The notes beneath the pieces are model-generated. The model worked only from the letters and a program-made list of their open reading frames with translations. It was not told the DNA's origin and did not search any database. From positions 5,145 to 69,144 of IMG/VR virus record IMGVR_UViG_3300037104_000892: a DNA stretch of 64,000 nucleotides; one strand, given 5' to 3'. Each line of letters opens with the position of its first letter. The stretch's first letter is position 1. This document shows, piece by piece, positions 7,947 to 19,064 of this stretch. Position numbers and translations under genes: made by a program. Source of the DNA: a virus.

Positions 7947-8504
7947 CTAACTGGCTTTATACATTTTGCATTTTTTTCCATGCCAGTGATAATAATTCCC
8001 TAAATTAAAAATTTTATGACAGTATTCACATTCAATATTAATACTGTTAATTTTTGGAGATTTTCCTTTTTTTATTTTACTTAAAATATCTAAAGTATTT
8101 TTATCATATACATTTATTTTTCCTTTATTCCATGGAATTTTGCCACTCATTTTTTCCTTTGTTTCTTCAGATACAGGAGTTGTTTTAATTAATTCTATAG
8201 CATATGAATAATCTCTTGATGATTTAATATGATTTCCGTTTTTACAATATGTAATTCTATGAAAAGCATATGCTATTTTTCTGTTTCCTTTGTAAATGTA
8301 CGTTAACAATTTATGACAAATAAAATGTTCTCTTGCTGTTAATAAAATTTTATTACTTGTATCATTATTTCCGCCTAAACATTTTGGAAGTATGTGATGA
8401 TCTTCGTAATAAAAGTAAGAAGGATTATTTTTATTTCTTATTTTTTTTCTATTTTCTAGTTTTGCATTTTTAATTATACTGTCATATATTTTCTGATGAT
8501 CCAT
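7947..8504 (-). CDS. HNH homing endonuclease
   Basis: EDHHILPKCLGG.N...N...LTAREHFICH. Confidence 0.85.
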   Translation of the reverse strand: MDHQKIYDSIIKNAKLENRKKIRNKNNPSYFYYEDHHILPKCLGGNNDTSNKILLTAREHFICHKLLTYIYKGNRKIAYAFHRITYCKNGNHIKSSRDYSYAIELIKTTPVSEETKEKMSGKIPWNKGKINVYDKNTLDILSKIKKGKSPKINSINIECEYCHKIFNLGNYYHWHGKKCKMYKAS

Positions 8505-8529
8505 TTTTATGTTTTAAAAATTTATTCAT

Positions 8530-8567
8530 AAAAAAAGCGGGTAACTTGTTAAAGGTCGCCCGCTTTT
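8530..8567 (-). terminator. Intrinsic terminator upstream of tRNA array 1 (candidate attenuator)
   Basis: AAAAGCGGGCGAC-loop-GTTACCCGCTTTTTTT. Confidence 0.75.
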
Positions 8568-8587
8568 CTATATATTGTGGTGTATTA

Positions 8588-8692
8588 TCAATCGATTATA
8601 TCATGATATGCGAGCGTAAGTTTTCCTCTAATGCCTTTATCATTGGCATTCCATTTATTATCCACGTTCATATGTCGCGCTGTGCGTATCAT
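8588..8692 (-). CDS. Putative 34-aa leader peptide MIRTARHMNVDNKWNANDKGIRGKLTLAYHDIID
   Basis: Lies between a class II promoter and the terminator; composition matches array-1 tRNAs. Confidence 0.7.
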   Translation of the reverse strand: MIRTARHMNVDNKWNANDKGIRGKLTLAYHDIID

Positions 8693-9111
8693 TTGTTTTT
8701 GCGTTTTCAAAATTATTGTTTGTTTATTCTTTTATTATATATTATGACAAAAGTTTTCGATTTTGCCACTTATTGTTTAAAAAAGATTCCGTAGGTTATC
8801 GCCAACATTACTTGGTGTCATCAGCCTCTTTTTCGCCGGAATCAATATTGTTTTGTTCTTTTCTTTTTAATGCTTCTACTTTGTTATAAATTTCTTTACA
8901 ATCATCGTTGCAAATATTCCACCAAAGTGCTCCACCCATTTGATCTCGAATACTTAAAGCTTTTTGTAAAAACTTTTCGCCTTCTTCAACTGTATCAAAT
9001 TTTAAAAAATCGTGAAGGTTGTTCATTCTGTTAAAGTTTTAATTAAGACAAATATAATCAAAATACTTGAATAAAAAAAATATTTTAACACTTATTTTCA
9101 AATTATTTTTA

Positions 9112-9600
9112 GGCAAATTCTCTCGTCCATAATCGGGTTTCCATCCATGCCCTTGCATCCTGTTACTTCGTGAGAGATGAGTCTATATTATTGGCATCAT
9201 CTATATATTAGTGTTTTAAACTATGTCCCGGAAAGAGGACACTACGACAACCATCTGTTTAAAACATATTGCTAATTTGCCATGTTCCCTATAGTAGCAT
9301 AAGGACTAACGGTGCAAAGAATCGTATTAGGTCGTTGGACTCAGCAACTGAGGAGCCAAAAACCCTGACTTTTATTTCTTCCACTCTACGAGCAAAGCTT
9401 TAAGATCTGAAAAAGTGTAAACAGAAAACTTTTGTGAATTGTAATTAGAGCCTTAATAGCACTGATAATTAAGATAAGATGATCATCCGTATGAAGGACC
9501 TCTACAACTAAATGCCTTGCCTAAGGGCGGTAGAGCATAATACAGAGTCAAATCCCCTCCGTTAGGGTTGAACCTTTAGGGCTTTCAGTTACAATTTACA
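9112..9600 (-). ncRNA. Candidate large (~490 nt) structured ncRNA
   Basis: No ORF in the track; GC-richer than flanks; long-range stems TGTAAATTGTAA/TTACAATTCACA and GGCAAATT/AATTTGCC; promoter directly upstream. Confidence 0.6.
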
Positions 9601-9667
9601 AATATTTTTAAGAACGTTTGTTTTATTTATTAAGGCAAATATAACAAAAAGTTTTGACAAAATAAAA

Positions 9668-10084
9668 TTATTTGCTATTTATTTTTCCAACATTTGTATA
9701 ATGATACTCTCGTACCTTATTCCAATCAACGAGAGCTTTTACTTCTAAGTAAGGAACTAAAGCAAATCTCATATTATTTTCTTTGCAATAGTCTTCTGCT
9801 GCTTTACACTTGAAAGGAAGTTCTGGTTTATCATTGCTTCCTTTTATTTCTATGATAGAAGTTCTGTCTCTTTCTTTTACAATAAAATCAGGAATATAAT
9901 GTCGAATTTTGCCTTCAAATAAATATGGAATACGTAATGCAGTGTTTTTCTGCCAAATAAATGACATTGAATCGAAATGCATCATCATTGCTAATTCTGT
10001 CATAGAATCGTAACGAAATACTCTTCCTATATTAGATTTGTAATACCCTTTTAATGACGGTATTCCTTTACGTTTTTCTAGCAT
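9668..10084 (-). CDS. TnsA-like PD-(D/E)XK endonuclease
   Basis: YDSMTE...IPY......YIPDF...IIEIKG. Confidence 0.7.
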   Translation of the reverse strand: MLEKRKGIPSLKGYYKSNIGRVFRYDSMTELAMMMHFDSMSFIWQKNTALRIPYLFEGKIRHYIPDFIVKERDRTSIIEIKGSNDKPELPFKCKAAEDYCKENNMRFALVPYLEVKALVDWNKVREYHYTNVGKINSK

Positions 10085-11390
10085 ATTTTTAATTTAAGCA
10101 AACTCGTAATTGAACATCTGTTTCAAATGTTTCATATTTTTTGAATAAACGATATTGTCTCTGAACGGCTTTTTGAAAAGCTTTATTTTGAACTTCAAAA
10201 AACTCTTTTACAGTTGATTCCTGTTCATCGATATAATAAAAAAATATATCAAATGGCTGAACATCTATTATACGTGTGTAATATGGTTTTGTTTGTTTCA
10301 TACTTTAAGAGTGTTTTTTCTGTAAAATACTTTTTTTATTCTCCAATTACTTCCAACCATAGCTGTAGGTATTCGAGTATCAAAAATTAATGACGCATTA
10401 AGATCATAATTTGGGTACAATTTCTTATACTTTTTAGCATCTCTGATTAATCGATTCTTTTCAAGAACAGCACTTTCTTTGGTTTCAAAACCGATATTCA
10501 TATAGGTTTTTCGCGCACCTGTAATAAGGTTTGTGTATGTTATTTGAAAACAATAGTTCATGATTAGAATGAAAAATCGTAATATTCTCTTTTAACTCCG
10601 AAAATGATATTAACTGAACTCCATTCGGTAGTCATTTTTGTTATACCTGGGATTACTGCATTGATAAAGGCACTTTGTTCTCCGTATGTTCCGCCGGCAT
10701 TTTTATATGCTTCGTGAAGTTCTTTTCCAAAATCACCATATTTTTTTCTGGCTTCGTCTGTAAAACGAACTACATTATGTTTCTGTTTCCAGCTACCCCA
10801 TTTGTAAAAAAGGGTTATTTTTTCTTCGGTAAAGTCTTTGTATTCATAATCCTGAGAATCTGACATTCCCAACTTATCAAGTCTGGTAGGAGCGTATCTC
10901 TGAATTACGGCCATCTTTTTCTTTTCGTCAGCTTCAATGACTTCATATGCGTGACGATCACTGTAAAATAACATTGTAGCACCTTCACCAACAACCGGTA
11001 CCGAAGCATTATGACTCATAAGTTGATTAAAAAATCCACCTGCTGAACCAATTCTTTTTCCTTTTTGTTTAAATTGTAGGTCGTTTTTCATGACTATATT
11101 ATTTAATTCTATAGTAAATATAATCAATTTCTCTGACAATAAAAAATATTTTATGGATTATTTTCATCTTTTATGTAACAAGATTTAACTCGTACATTTT
11201 TTTTCATGGCATTAATAAATTGAAAGGGATTTGTGATCCCATATATCTCTTTTCTAAAATTGTTATCGTAGATAATAACAACACAATATGTTACTGGCTT
11301 TAATGGAATGTACCCGTCAAAAAATTTATTTGGGTGTAAATCAAAACCTCTCTTTATGAATTTGTTGTCTTCTCCAAACATATTTGGCCT

Positions 11391-12095
11391 TTATTTTTTT
11401 AATTTTCTTCCATATATCCACCCCTTAATTAGATATTGATCAACATTTTCCTTTTTAGTTGCTAAAGTTTCTGATGTTAAAGGATTTATTAACCATTTTA
11501 TACCAAATTGGGAATTTAATTCACCACATTGTCGTTTATGTCCTGTGTTAAATTTTTTTAATTTTTCTTTATGTTTTTTATTTAAAGGTTTTCGTTTTAT
11601 ACCCTTTGTTTTTCCTATAAGAGATTTACTTATTTTTTCCTTTGTTTCTTGAACTTGCTTTTTTCTTGTTAATGGATATTTTCTATTTTTATATAATCTT
11701 GTTTTTTCTTCTGCAGAATAATGCTTATCTTTCATGTACCCGGTTTTTCCGGTTTGAGTTTTTCTACATTTTTCTTTTGATTCTTCACTCCAACAATCTT
11801 TAACATTATGCCCACCCTTCCAACTAATATTATAACCTCCTTGTGATATGTGTGTTTTGTATAATCTTATGTATTTTTCTTGAGCATCAAATGCTTCTTT
11901 TCTTGTTGGAAACAATTCTAAAATTTCTTTTTTAAAATTTTCTTTTCCATATTCATTAACTTTTTGCCCGAATAAAATTCCGCTCCCTAAATATTTATCT
12001 TCTTTGGGCTCACAAATAGATGATCTATCACCAACATATTGGTGTCCGTTAATGATATTTGTTGTTATGTAAACGTAATGAAATTGTTGAGACAT
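11391..12095 (-). CDS. GIY-YIG homing endonuclease
   Basis: YVYITTN..NG..YVG...YLGSG...NF.KEILE...GYN. Confidence 0.85.
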   Translation of the reverse strand: MSQQFHYVYITTNIINGHQYVGDRSSICEPKEDKYLGSGILFGQKVNEYGKENFKKEILELFPTRKEAFDAQEKYIRLYKTHISQGGYNISWKGGHNVKDCWSEESKEKCRKTQTGKTGYMKDKHYSAEEKTRLYKNRKYPLTRKKQVQETKEKISKSLIGKTKGIKRKPLNKKHKEKLKKFNTGHKRQCGELNSQFGIKWLINPLTSETLATKKENVDQYLIKGWIYGRKLKK

Positions 12096-12174
12096 ATATT
12101 ATTTTATTTATATATTCATAAAAAAACCGTAGTAAAAGATTAGTGATAAAATTTTATTACGGTTGTTTAAAATT

Positions 12175-12414
12175 AACTGAGAACTACTGTTTTGTGCGTT
12201 TTTAACGAGTTTTCTCTCGGAAAAAGTTTAAGGTGTTTTTCGATACCTTGCCGTATTGTTTAGGCCGAAGCCGCAAATACATGAGCGTTATTTACCAATT
12301 TAGGTTTGCATTTCTGCATTTCTAATAGTACATTACTTGCGTAATGAGATTCTTCCGAAGAAGCTTGTTTGCCTTGCGGCATTTTTGCGAAGTATCACAA
12401 AACTTACTACAGTT
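12175..12414 (-). ncRNA. Y-RNA-like element 5, long (~240 nt) with many tetraloop hairpins
   Basis: AACTGTAGTAAGTTTTGTGATACTTCG ... CACAAAACAGTAGTTCTCAGTT; GCAA, TTCG and GAAA hairpins; own promoter and terminator (12121-12164). Confidence 0.7.
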
Positions 12415-12500
12415 TGATTAATCCAAAAATATAAAAGAACTCTTGTAGATTATATATTGTTCTAAAAAGCATTAGTTTTCCAACTTAATGCACAAAGTTG

Positions 12501-13532
12501 TTAAAATTTTGTTATAAATGCCTCAAGATATTGTTTTATCTGTCGATACCTATCAACATAAGCATAATTTATTTTCATCTTTTGTTTATCTTCACTATCT
12601 TCTTCTTTGATATAAGTATGAGGAAATGGAAACATGTGAAGACTTTTATGGCCGACAAATATATTCTTATAATGGAAATCGTCAAGTTTATCTCGTTCTT
12701 CTTTAGGTAATCGTGATCCATCATCGACATAAGGAGCATCTTTCATAAGATAAATGTAAAGATCAACTTCATTAGCTTTTTCAACCCATGGGTCAACTTT
12801 CAATTCCTGATTAAATGCATATTGAGCGTATCCTTTTGTGATTAACAAATCTGTATCAATAAATAACAATTTGTTTGCTAATCTTGTATGTTTTATGATA
12901 TTTTTAGCATGTTCTGTAGCAATTAACTGTAAATCATCCATTGAAAAGTTTGTGCTTCCAATGTTCAAATCTCTTGCTGTTTCAGGACACCAAACTGTAT
13001 TGTAATGTTCCGCTAAGTGTTGCGCTAATGTTGTTTTGCCAGTTGATTCTGTTCCAACAATTGCAATTTTCTTTACGTAATAGTCTTTGGCAAAGTTACT
13101 AAGATAGTCCCAATTGGTAAGAGGTTTGTTTCTTATCATTGTAGCTGAAACGGGAATGATGTTTCTTGATTTGTCAAAAACCCAATTTTCAGCACCAGCT
13201 ATTTCGGCAAACACTTTTCCGTAATCTTCAGATGTAAAAATTCTGTCAATCTTTCCAAAACGTTCTCTGACTAAATGACCCCAAAATGCTGATAATTCGT
13301 CGCTTGTTTCAAATTTCGGTTCTTCTGCATTGAGGCCAAACACTTCAACTTTAGGGTCATCAAGATAAGTAGATAAAACCCATTTAAGTCGATATTTATA
13401 TGGGATAGGTTCATCGGGACTTGCTGCAACAAGAATAAGTAATTTGTCGCAATTTGATTTGGCATACTCTATAAGAGCCATGTGGCCTTTATGAAAAGGC
13501 ATGAATTTTCCAAGTACGAATCCTGTTACCAT
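12501..13532 (-). CDS. nadR: NadR-type NMN adenylyltransferase / ribosylnicotinamide kinase (no HTH)
   Basis: GKFMPFHKGH; VSATMIR; Walker A GTESTGKTT; FIDTD; DDGSR. Confidence 0.88.
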   Translation of the reverse strand: MVTGFVLGKFMPFHKGHMALIEYAKSNCDKLLILVAASPDEPIPYKYRLKWVLSTYLDDPKVEVFGLNAEEPKFETSDELSAFWGHLVRERFGKIDRIFTSEDYGKVFAEIAGAENWVFDKSRNIIPVSATMIRNKPLTNWDYLSNFAKDYYVKKIAIVGTESTGKTTLAQHLAEHYNTVWCPETARDLNIGSTNFSMDDLQLIATEHAKNIIKHTRLANKLLFIDTDLLITKGYAQYAFNQELKVDPWVEKANEVDLYIYLMKDAPYVDDGSRLPKEERDKLDDFHYKNIFVGHKSLHMFPFPHTYIKEEDSEDKQKMKINYAYVDRYRQIKQYLEAFITKF

Positions 13533-14002
13533 TTTCCAGGGTTATGATAATTAACGACTACAACATGACAATCTTTCATTTCTGTATCGATAATTTTGCT
13601 TATTCTATCCCAATCTCCACCGGCTAATCCTGCTCCAATTTTGGGCATTCCAATTGTTTGACCTTTGAAATTGTAGTTAATTTTTCTCATTACTAATGTG
13701 ATAGCTTCGTAATCAACGGGATTAGCACTGCCATCAATATGATTTAGACCATAATTGAATTGCGTATAACCATTTATGATAATAAAATCATAATGTCTGG
13801 CTTTACGATATGTGTAACTTCCAAGTTTAAGAATATCTCCTCTTGTAGTTTTACAATCAGCTTCATAAGCTTCAGGAAACTGCTCTTTAATTTGTTTGGC
13901 AATTCCAGCACCCATTGTACAAAAACAATTAGCGCCATGAACTATGGCATCAAATTGCCTTATTTTTGCGTATTCGAGTAAATCTCCGTTAATGATTGTC
14001 AT
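13526..14002 (-). CDS. Macrodomain (ADP-ribose processing) protein
   Basis: GDLL...IVHGANCFCTMGAGIA...MPKIGAGLAGGDW. Confidence 0.88.
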   Translation of the reverse strand: MTIINGDLLEYAKIRQFDAIVHGANCFCTMGAGIAKQIKEQFPEAYEADCKTTRGDILKLGSYTYRKARHYDFIIINGYTQFNYGLNHIDGSANPVDYEAITLVMRKINYNFKGQTIGMPKIGAGLAGGDWDRISKIIDTEMKDCHVVVVNYHNPGKW

Positions 14003-14876
14003 ATAAATGATTGTTAATAATATACATTAAAACTTTTGAATCCATTTTATGTTCTGTTAAAAGCTCATAATTAGGAAATGATTTTGTCATTAAAATTTCT
14101 CTAACTTCAGAAGATGAAATTTCCAATATATCAGTTTCTTTGTTAAGAAAAATATGAGGGGCTTTTAAGTACCAATCAACTTTTAAATCTCTATTTATAC
14201 CTTTTCTAGGAACTACAACAAATCGTACCATTCTCTCAAGTTCTTCAAAATTTACCCACTTGTCAAAACTATTAGCATTATCAAGTCCAATTATCATACT
14301 AAAATTGAATTTTTCGTTCAATTCTTTATCCATTTTCAATCTTTTGAAAAAATTGAAAGTTTCTCCGGCCAATTCATTTTTTATTTCGTAATCAAAGACT
14401 TTTATTCTTCCATCAACTTCTGCAGCTAATTTACACATTTCCAAACGATCTTTCGCAGATGCCATGTGTTTTCCATACATGTGTTTATAAGCTGGCATTA
14501 TCCAAACTTCGTCAAATTCTCCTGAAGTATTCAAAACGAATTGAGCAGTTTGAATGTGACCTAATGTGATGGGATCAAATGCTCCTCCAAATATTGCAAC
14601 TTTAGTTTTTCTTCCTAAAGATTTGTATTGCAAACTTCTTGATTTAATTTTTTCTAATGTAGTCTTAATTCCTTCGGCAACATCCCAACCACTTTCATTA
14701 TACAATTGAATTAAAGAACACATTAAATCAGCAGATTCCTCTTTAAGATTCTGGATATCATTCCACTTCATAAGTTCAAAGAATTCGTTTTGAATATCTT
14801 TAAGTCTTTCATTTAATGGCGTATATCCGAAGTTATCTTCAAAAACTTTTTTAACGTTCTTTTGTAATTCTTTCAT
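13989..14876 (-). CDS. nadD: Nicotinate-nucleotide adenylyltransferase with N-terminal MazG-like helical domain
   Basis: FGGAFDPITLGH; IIGLDN..SF.KW; ISSSEVR; N-terminal E..EL...EE.AD. Confidence 0.85.
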   Translation of the reverse strand: MKELQKNVKKVFEDNFGYTPLNERLKDIQNEFFELMKWNDIQNLKEESADLMCSLIQLYNESGWDVAEGIKTTLEKIKSRSLQYKSLGRKTKVAIFGGAFDPITLGHIQTAQFVLNTSGEFDEVWIMPAYKHMYGKHMASAKDRLEMCKLAAEVDGRIKVFDYEIKNELAGETFNFFKRLKMDKELNEKFNFSMIIGLDNANSFDKWVNFEELERMVRFVVVPRKGINRDLKVDWYLKAPHIFLNKETDILEISSSEVREILMTKSFPNYELLTEHKMDSKVLMYIINNHLYDNH

Positions 14877-15311
14877 AATTCAAATATTTCAAGTGTTCCT
14901 CTTTGTTCTAATCTTTGTATCAAATTTCTCCACTCAATTGTATCAACCGGAGCTGGATAATTAAAGACTATTAAATCGTCTTCATCCATATTAGCAACAA
15001 AATCTCCATCTTGTATTTTTTCAATTATTTTTGATACTTTTTCTCTATCCATGAGAGGTGCAGCCATAAAGTGGCCGTCTCCATCCATTGCAATTATTAT
15101 TTTCATAACTCAATCATATAACGATTTTTCAATAAATGTAAGCTTCCATTTTTCTTTTCAAGGAAAACTAATCCTGCCATGAGAATATCACCTGAGTGTT
15201 CTCTAACAACATTGTGATATTTTATTTCTTTGTAATTTTCAACATCCCAAAATGATTTTCCATCAGCATTAAGATCATCTTTTTCAATTATTATACAATC
15301 AACTTTTTTCA

Positions 15312-17252
15312 TTAAAATGTGTATTTAAGTGATACCATTGCGTTTCTATTACCCATTACCCAATATTTTGGTGTTCCATCAAATCCTATAATTCCATTCG
15401 ACAATATCAGAGAATTAAATAAGTTGTTGGCGTTAACTCGTAAATCAATTCCCTTTAAATGTATTCCGGCATAAGCACTAAATAGCGTAAAATTGGGCAA
15501 TTTATATTCCTTTGTATTTGCTAAGTCAATATAACTTGACCCATTATATCTTATGTTTAATCCAACATATCCTAATTTCTTATAGTTGTAAATTCCATCA
15601 ACATTTATGATAACATTTGGAGTTAAAATGGGTTGGAATATAACATTTTGATCTCGTATTTGATTTATTGAAAAATTTTCATTTGTTTTAACTTCAAATC
15701 CATTAAACCAACGATATCTAAAGTCCAATTCAATTCCACTTCTATATGAATTATCTACATTTTGATGTAATAATATTGAGTTTGGACCCATTTTCCCATT
15801 AAGAACAATTTCATCTTTAAAGTCCATGTAATAGAAATTACCTTTGAATGTACACCATTCATCTAAGTATTTGTAACCTATTTCATGATCGAATACTACT
15901 TCAGGTTTTACATAGTTTTCGTCAGCGAGTATGAAATTATCATTTCCATTAAATAAATCAGTTCTCGTAGGTTCTCTGTGTGTTTTTCCAATTCCGTAAT
16001 AAACTACAGATTTATCTGTAACTCTTAGTGTTGCTCCACCAGACCAATTCCAAAAATTGTATGTTTTTGGAAGCATAGTTTGATCTCCATGATAAATAAA
16101 CAAATTATAACGATATTGTATATCTCCAAATAAAATGAACTTTTTATTATCACCAAAAATCAATTCACCTTTAGCGTAAGGACTTGTTTCACATATATAA
16201 CCTGTGTTTTTGTAATCTCGAATCAAATCTGTATAGCCATAATGAGTTCGAAAATATTCATATCCATTTACTCCTAAATTGAAATTCGTATGATCACCAT
16301 GAAAATTGTAATTCATTGTGCTTCCTAGCCAATTTGATAAAACGTTTAATCTACCGATTCCTGAAGCTCTATAATGAGCATTGTCTGTATCATACCATCC
16401 ATCTAAATATGTGTCATAAAGTATAAACGAAAAATTTCCTTTGTTGTAATGTGCTTGATTATGTATCTGATAAAAATGATCTGTTTCAGCACTATTTTGG
16501 GTATTAAATCTGGGATTTTTCCTGATACTGTCAAGAGATTCTCCCATCCATGCCATTTGATTTCGAGCATTTCCCACAAAACCATAAAACTTCCAGTTTC
16601 CAAGTTTTAAACCATAGAAAGCCGATTGTGATTTATTGCCTGAATTGTATTTATAACCATCGGTTTGAATGGATGAAGCTTTAATGAAAAAATTCTTCGA
16701 GTTAACTCCTGCTGATAACTGAAACGTATTGTATGATCCATAAACAGTTGAAACTTCTCCAGAAAATTTATCTGCAAATTGATATGAATCAAAACTAATA
16801 CTTCCACCATAAGAGGAAACACCACTTTTTGTAAGTCCTGCACCACGAATAATTTGTACATCACTAACTGAATTTAAAAAATCAGGATAGTTATTGAAAT
16901 AAACTCCTTGATCTTCAGGTTCATTCATTGGAACACCATTTAAAGTAACATTTATGCGAGTTTGATCAATACCTCTTAAACGATAATAAATGTAGCCAAA
17001 ACCTGTGCCATTATCCGAATAAAAAGAGACAGATGGTGAAGTACTAAAAAGTATAGCTGGTTCTGAATTTTGTGATTTTAAAGTAATGTCCGCTTTTTCC
17101 ATGTTTGTAAAAGAAAAAGGAGCAACTTTAGGTGCTGTATAAGTTCCTTTAACTGAAACATCAGAAAGTTGAATTGTATCTCTAATTGTATGCTGAGCAC
17201 TAATCAACAAACAACTTAATAAAATAAATAAAGTTAATGCAATTTTTTTCAT
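15312..17252 (-). CDS. TonB-dependent outer-membrane receptor (vitamin-uptake type)
   Basis: Signal peptide from MKKIALT (17252); plug motif RLRGIDQTRINVTLNGVPMN; C-terminal YTF. Confidence 0.85.
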   Translation of the reverse strand: MKKIALTLFILLSCLLISAQHTIRDTIQLSDVSVKGTYTAPKVAPFSFTNMEKADITLKSQNSEPAILFSTSPSVSFYSDNGTGFGYIYYRLRGIDQTRINVTLNGVPMNEPEDQGVYFNNYPDFLNSVSDVQIIRGAGLTKSGVSSYGGSISFDSYQFADKFSGEVSTVYGSYNTFQLSAGVNSKNFFIKASSIQTDGYKYNSGNKSQSAFYGLKLGNWKFYGFVGNARNQMAWMGESLDSIRKNPRFNTQNSAETDHFYQIHNQAHYNKGNFSFILYDTYLDGWYDTDNAHYRASGIGRLNVLSNWLGSTMNYNFHGDHTNFNLGVNGYEYFRTHYGYTDLIRDYKNTGYICETSPYAKGELIFGDNKKFILFGDIQYRYNLFIYHGDQTMLPKTYNFWNWSGGATLRVTDKSVVYYGIGKTHREPTRTDLFNGNDNFILADENYVKPEVVFDHEIGYKYLDEWCTFKGNFYYMDFKDEIVLNGKMGPNSILLHQNVDNSYRSGIELDFRYRWFNGFEVKTNENFSINQIRDQNVIFQPILTPNVIINVDGIYNYKKLGYVGLNIRYNGSSYIDLANTKEYKLPNFTLFSAYAGIHLKGIDLRVNANNLFNSLILSNGIIGFDGTPKYWVMGNRNAMVSLKYTF

Positions 17253-17441
17253 TATTTTTCGTGTATAGTAATTAGTACAAGTGTTTACTCCATTCATGAC
17301 TGCGTATTTAATACGCTTAGTAATCTGAAATTCGTCGAAAGTATTTTCGTACTTGTTTTCGTGCATACAAGATACACAGAATTTGCACTTGTTAACGCAA
17401 CCTTTTGTTGGAACTACGATTGAAATTGTCTGAATGTCCAT
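17253..17441 (-). pseudogene. Radical SAM N-terminal fragment in frame with the TBDR
   Basis: GCVNKCKFCVS (CxxxCxxC); only ~55 aa. Confidence 0.65.
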
Positions 17442-17496
17442 ATTGATTTTCTGTTACAATACTAATATAATCAAAATAACTGATATAAAAAAATAT

Positions 17497-18057
17497 TTAG
17501 GCAACTTTTTTCTGCCAATCATAAAATCCTTTAACAGCTAATCCTAAAAGAATCAAATAAAGAAATGAAGAAACGAATAATCCTTTGAAAAGAAACATCC
17601 CAACATATACGAGATCAACAAAAATCCAAAGGTACCAATTTTCAATTTTTCTCTTTACAAGTAATTGATTTGCGACTAAACTTAATACAGCTGTCATAGA
17701 ATCAATATAAGGAAGAGATGCATTTGTGTATGTCTTAAAAATATAAGCTATGATTAAATAAGCTATAAGGATGGGTATAAGATAAATGACTCTTTGTTTG
17801 TTTGTGAGCTTTTCAACTTTAGTGATACTATTATCTTTAACTTCGCCTTTATAATACCAAAGAAGGAATCCAATGACACCTTGTATTGCAAATATGCCTT
17901 GCAATATGAAATCAGCATATAGTTTTGTATGCCAAAATACAACAGCATATAAAATCACTGCCCATATTCCTACAGGCCATGAGAGTAGTTTTCCTTTAGT
18001 CGTTAAGTATACACACAAAAGAGTTAAAAGAGCTGCAAAAATTTCTATCGTTAGCAT
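17497..18057 (-). CDS. pnuC: PnuC-family nicotinamide riboside transporter
   Basis: WPVG...LYAD..LQ...G...W; PYIDS...LS..A..L..K..IENW.LWI.VD. Confidence 0.88.
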   Translation of the reverse strand: MLTIEIFAALLTLLCVYLTTKGKLLSWPVGIWAVILYAVVFWHTKLYADFILQGIFAIQGVIGFLLWYYKGEVKDNSITKVEKLTNKQRVIYLIPILIAYLIIAYIFKTYTNASLPYIDSMTAVLSLVANQLLVKRKIENWYLWIFVDLVYVGMFLFKGLFVSSFLYLILLGLAVKGFYDWQKKVA

Positions 18058-19064
18058 AACTTATTCAGTATAAATTTCCCAATCACTGTCCCATTCTTTT
18101 TCTGATCTCCATTTCCAAAATTCAGCCGGTGAACAAACTACGCTATCTTCCAATAAGTACATGCCTTTAGATGTCATTGACATCCATTCGTCTGGTGAAA
18201 AATAGTAATGTCTTACTTTTTTGCCTTCACGCATTGCGCGTATTGCTTCCAGTTTTGTCATTGAATAAATTTTCTAAATTCTGTATATGTTTTTCAATAT
18301 ATTCTTTGTCAGCTTTTAAATTCTGAATTTTGTAAAAAATCCAAGAATCTGCAAGAGGTTTCGTATAATCTAATGTATTCATTACTACACGATACGTATC
18401 ACCCATTTCTAAATCTTCTAATGTGGCCCAACGCATAAAAGGTTCAGGAGAAATTGAAATAAGTCTGCTCGGGACGTAAATTATACGTTTTGAGTTAAAA
18501 TAACGCTTACAGAGAAATGTATCTCCTATATTTGGGCGTGGTAAATATTTCATGCTGCTAATGATTTTCTGACCATTTTTTCAAGTTTATCTTTGTCAGA
18601 TATTTTGATAACCTGCATCCAATATTTTGGCATTTTTTTGAATACTAAAGCCATCTGTTTAGGAGATAAAAATCCGCGGGAGATGTAATGTGTTGCAAAA
18701 GAAGACAGAATTTCACCATCAACTCCACTAAAACCTACACCATTTGCGTCGCGTGTTTCTTCATGTTCCTTTTCCATTGAAGTCTGGAATTCATAAATCT
18801 TCAAAAGAGCTTGGGTAGCCCAAGTCTTATTCGTAGATAACTGTTTCTTTACGAAATTACGAGTTTCACCTTTTGTAATTTTGTGTCCGATTCCAAGTGA
18901 TACAATAGGGTCTTCATTTTCTACAAACATGATGTTTAATTTTGATTGTATAGTAAATATAATCAAAATTTCTGACATAAAAAAATATTTTGCCATTTAT
19001 TTTAACAAAAACTTAACAATTTTAACACAATAATCAGATGCCTCGATGAATATATAAAATAAAG

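Noticed and set aside
15312-17441. Genuine radical SAM-TonB receptor fusion protein of 709 aa
   Set aside because: The radical SAM part is only ~55 aa and a typical signal peptide starts at 17252; more likely a recombination scar.
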